Shown here: positions 59,736 through 64,000 of the stretch, in pieces | Position numbering within the stretch: position 1 is the first letter of the stretch | Layout of the letters: every line of letters begins with the position of its first letter | Assembly (NCBI RefSeq): GCF_964213995.1 | Contig: NC_135808.1 | Coordinates: 6,138,001-6,202,000 of the forward strand | Direction of reading: 5' to 3' | DNA: 64,000 nucleotides | Source: Mustelus asterias | Taxonomy: Eukaryota | The notes under the pieces: generated by a model | What the model saw: the letters and a program-made list of their open reading frames with translations, nothing else | Told to the model about the DNA's origin: nothing | Databases searched by the model: none | Position numbers and translations under genes: made by a program

Positions 59736-60412
59736 AATGTTTCTGAAATAGGACACGTTATTTATATGAAATTGACTTTTGGCTCTCCACACTTAGCTCA
59801 CTATGCGCGATAAAATGGCTTTGCAGCCCTCAAGTCAATCGAGTAAACATCTCAAAATGTCACAGTTTGTATTTTCTTCCTGATGGATTGCCATAATGTT
59901 GCTGTAGGTGAAGAGACGCATGATCAATCCTGGTAAGAGTGGTTTGCCTTTTCTATTGGTCTGTTCAAGCATCAACCCCTCCAACACCCTTTGAAGTATT
60001 TTCCCTTTATCAGGTTGTGGGAGAGTAGCACTGTCTGAATCGTGAATCTATAGCTGTTAAATAGATAGAGTTCAAGTGTCTCGTTTTTGTTTTCCATTTC
60101 GAAAATAAACCCATTAAAACAGATACCAAACAATTTCCAAATGCATCTGTATAGTATCAAGGCATTTTGGAATTCAAAGGTCCCTGTCGATCTATCAATG
60201 TTCTCGACCTCAATCACTTCAAGTGGCAGCAAGTTCCATATTCTCACCACTGACAAGAGAGTACTGATTACAGCAGAGATGAGATTCTGAGCTCTTTCAC
60301 CATCAGTTGATGGATTTTCCATCAGCCCCTGTCCTCGGGTACAATCCACTGCGTACAAAAGCTTGGGTTATGGAGGGGCAGACCTAGAAGGAAAATCCCT
60401 GATTCATATCCA

Positions 60413-62136
60413 GTGTGTGACACATGGAGCAGTTGAACCAGGAGCACTCCTCATCACAATGGATGTCTCGGCACTCACACCAGCATCCCCCACGATGATG
60501 GCATTGCTGCAACGGCCTCAGTACTCAATGCCGTCAACTGCCAGTTTCCAGATGCAATTTAACAACTCATTCGCTTCATCCTGGACCACAATATCTTCAC
60601 CTTCAACAACCAGTTCTTCATCCAGACACACGGAACAGCCATGGGGACAAAATTCACACCTCAATATGCCAACATCTTCATGCACAGGTTCGAACAAGAC
60701 TTCTTCACCGTACAGGACCTTCAACCGATGCTATACACTAGATACATCGATGACATTTTCTTCCTTTGGAGTTATGGTGAACAATCACTGAAACAACTAT
60801 ATGATGACATCAACAAGTTCCATCCCACCATCAGACTCGCCATGGACTACTTTCCGGAATCGGTTGCATTCTTGGACACACGCATCTCCATTAAGGACGG
60901 TCACCTCAGCACCTCACTGTACCGCAAGCCCACGGATAACCTCATGATGCTCCACTTCTCCAGCTTCCACCCTAAACACGTAAAAGAAGCCATCCCCTAT
61001 GGACAAGCCCTCCATATACACAGGATCTGCTCGGATGAGGAGGATCGCAACAGACACCCCCTGACGCTGAAAGATGCCCCCATAAGAACAGGATATAGCG
61101 CTCGACTCATCGATCGACAGTTCCGGCGCGCCACAGCAAAAAACCGCACTGACCTCCTCAGAAGACAAACACGGGACACAGTGGACAGAGTACCCTTCGT
61201 CGTCCAGTACTTCCCCGGAGCGGAGAACCTACGGCATCTCCTCCGGAGCCTTCAACATGTCATTGATGAAGATGAACATCTCGCCAAGGCCATCCCCACA
61301 CCCCCACTTCTTGCCTTCAAACAACCACGCAACCTCAAACAGACCATTGTCCGCAGCAAACGACCCAGCCTTCAGGAGAACCGTGACCACGACACCACAC
61401 AACCCTGCCACAGCAACCTCTGCAAGACGATGCCGGATCATCGACACGGATGCTATCATCTCACGTGAGAACACCATCTACCAAGTACACGGTACCTACT
61501 CTTGCAACTCGGCCAACGTTGTCTACCTGATACGCTGCAGGAAAGGATGTCCTGAGGCATGGTACATTGGGGAAACCATGCAGACGCTACGACAACGGAT
61601 GAATGAACACCGCTTGACAATCACCAGGCAAGACTGTTCTCTTCCTGTGGGGGAGCACTTCAGCAGTCACGGGCATTCAGCCTTGGATCTTCAGGTAAGC
61701 GTTCTCCAAGGCGGCCTTCACAACACATGACAGCGCAGAGTCGCTGAGCAGAAACTGATAGCCAAGTTCCGCACACATGAGGACGGCCTAAACCGGGATG
61801 TTGGATTTATGTCACATTATCAGTAACCCCCACAGCTTGCCCCCTGGTCTTGCAGAATCTCACTAGCTGTTCTGTCTGGAGACAATACACATACACATCT
61901 CTTTAACCTGTGTTGAATGCTCCCTCAACCCACATTGTCTGTACCTTTAAGACCTGGCTGGCTGTAGAGATTCGCATTCTAATTAGTATTCTGTAACTTG
62001 ATTTCTGTGTCTGTGCACTGTTTGAGAGCACATTTCCACTCCATCTGACGAAGGAGCAGTGCTCCGAAAGCTTATGGTATTTGCTACCAAATAAACCTGT
62101 TGGACTTTAACCTGGTGTTGTGAGACTTCTTACTGT
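60413..62136 (+). mobile_element. 5'-truncated Penelope-like retroelement (RT C-half, GIY-YIG endonuclease, terminal repeat) with 10-bp TSD
   Basis: GTAMGTKFTPQYANIFM, YTRYIDDIFFLW, FLDT, LYRKPTD, NVVYLIRC..WYIGET..LRQRMNEH; TTCATATCCA at 60403-60412 and 62137-62146; frameshifts present. Confidence 0.92.
62041..62077 (+). ncRNA. Minimal type I hammerhead ribozyme motif in Penelope terminal repeat
   Basis: CCAU-CUGACGA-A-GGAGC agu GCUCC-GAAA-GC-UU^AUGG; stems covary with the copy at 22733-22771. Confidence 0.75.
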
Positions 62137-62159
62137 TTCATATCCACAGCCCAGGTTTT

Positions 62160-63130
62160 TTGGCACACAATGAGTCTGGAAATCCAATCCCACTCCTGAA
62201 ATTTCAAAACACAATCAAGGTAGACACTCCACAGCAGGATTTAGGGGGAGACACAAAACGTGAGCTGCCGTTTTACGGATAAGAGGTTCAACCGGCACTC
62301 AGTTCTCACTCTCAGATGGATTAAAGTTGAAAATGTATTTATTAGTGTCACAAGTAGGCTTCCGTTGACACTGCAATGAAGTTACTGTGAAAATCCCTTA
62401 GTTACCACACTCCTGCGCCTGTTCGCATACACTGAGGGAGAATTTAGAATGGCCAATGCACCTAACCAGCGCATCTTTCGGACTTTAAGAAGTTTCACAA
62501 CATTAGTTTAAAGTCAAGCAGGTTTATTTGGAACCACGAGCCTTTGGAGCGCTGCTCCTTCATCAGATGAATCACTAGAGCTCCTGAAAGCTCTATCCCA
62601 AAAACCTCTCGTATTTATCCTGCTTGTGATTCCAAATAAACCTGTGAGACTTTAACCTGGTGTTGTGAGACTTCTTGCTGTGCCCAACCCAAACCAACGC
62701 CGGCAAGTCCACATCATCTTTCAGACTGTGGAAGGAAACAGGGGCACCTGGAGGAAACCCACGCAGACAAGGCGAGAATGTGCAGGCTTCGAATAGTCAG
62801 TGACCCAAGGAGGGAGTCAAACCCGTGTCTCTGGCACTGTGAGGCAGAAGTGCTGACCACAGTCCCACCGTGCCACCATGTAAATGTTTCTATAGCACTA
62901 TTCCCACAAGAGCAGAGAAATTCTCCAGGCGTCCCAGCTAACATTTCTCTCTTGAGCGATATCTAAAACTAAACACTCTGGACATTGATTTCGCAGTTGT
63001 TTGTGGGACGATGCCATGCTCAAATTGGCTGATGTGTTTTCCTAAATAATGTACACTTTATTCGTACTTCATGAAATCCTCTGGTCCTCCTGAGCGCTGA
63101 GAGGCTCCATCAAAATGCTAATGCTTTGTT
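62160..63130 (+). mobile_element. Deu-domain-type SINE remnant, interrupted by 62325-62880; other remnants near 4080-4240, 38940-39140, 45170-45430
   Basis: GCTGCCGTTTTACGGATAAGAGGTTCAACCG..GCACTATT..AAGAGCAGAGAAATTCTCCAGGCGTCC pattern; assignment from memory. Confidence 0.55.
62325..62880 (-). mobile_element. V-SINE split by an inverted Penelope terminal-repeat pair (62485-62714)
   Basis: SINE halves 62325-62484 and 62715-62880; TSD CATCTTTC(G/A)GACT at 62472-62484 and 62715-62727. Confidence 0.82.
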
Positions 63131-64000
63131 GTTTTGCTTTGGAGCAGCAAGACAGAATCTTACAGCTCTAATCCATAGAACCATAGAATTGGTACAGTGC
63201 AGAAAGAGACCATCCGGCCCATTGAGACTGCACTGACTCTCAGAAAGAGCAGCTTACCCAGGCATGGGCCCTTGGTGCTGCGAGGCAGCAGTGTTAATCC
63301 CTTTAAATATCTTCTCTGTACCTGTCATCCTTACCGATTCCTTGATCTTTCTTTTAGTTTCTGAGGTTCAGCGCCTGCAATCATTAGCGCAATCCAGTTG
63401 CGTAACCAGTAACTATAACCTGTCATTTAGGGAAATGCAAGAATGATTCCCTCAGACTCAAACCAACGTGACACTCATCCGACCCTGAGAAAATCCTTTT
63501 CTCTGCCTTGCACCTATGTTATCAGTTTTGAGTTGTATAGTTCTATTCATCAAACTGGCATTGGTAGCCATTTTGTAACCGACAACTGCTGATAAAGTGG
63601 CTGCATTCAGCAAAACCCCCATTGTCCTATGGAATGCAAGCTGTCTACTACCTCATCCCATCAAGCCCTGCTGTATCTTGCTGTTGGCTGAAGTTTCACA
63701 AAATGTATTCTAAAAGCAAACTGCATCCATTTTATAAATTCAAAATACATGTTTTAAATGAGAAATGCTTGTTATTCTGCTAGATCTGTCTTTAAGTGAC
63801 AGGTCTTGTCAGTGCTTTCTATAGTCTAAGGTAATTCACTCTTAAGTCATTATTGTGTTAGTGTTCTTAAACCATGATTATGTGTTTTCTATTAACCTAA
63901 TTTACCCCCCCTACCTCAGTCCCCCCTCTTGGCCATTGGCTAAAGACCAACTAAGGCCATTAAATAGATACAGCTTAGTAATTAATCTTGGTCCTTAAAG

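Overview
Eukaryotic genomic DNA, most likely from a shark (elasmobranch), judged from HE1-type V-SINEs, HER1/CR1 LINEs and Penelope-derived repeats. The window holds a cluster of three paralogous six-exon class IV TRIM genes (RING, B-box, coiled coil, PRY/SPRY; TRIM39/A33/nuclear factor 7-like). Two on the + strand are intact (493 aa and 483 aa). The third, on the - strand, has a 1-bp deletion in coding exon 3 that creates an immediate stop. Between them lie a decayed C2H2 zinc-finger gene, two CpG-rich promoter-like segments and a dense, nested set of transposons (CR1, L2-group, Tx1/L1, Penelope, hAT, a Harbinger-like MITE, SINEs). Four things stand out. (1) A full-length CR1 whose 5' UTR carries five U2 snRNA 5'-end fragments, four octamer motifs and a duplicated multi-hairpin module. 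(2) Minimal hammerhead ribozyme motifs with covarying stems, including a U3-A8 core variant, in Penelope-type insertions flanked by 10-15 bp target-site duplications. (3) A strongly conserved, frame-open 93-nt intron 2 in all three TRIM paralogs. (4) Step-wise stop-codon shifts that give the paralogs different C-termini. All calls come from manual reading and remembered family features. No database search was run, and repeat boundaries are approximate unless a TSD is given.
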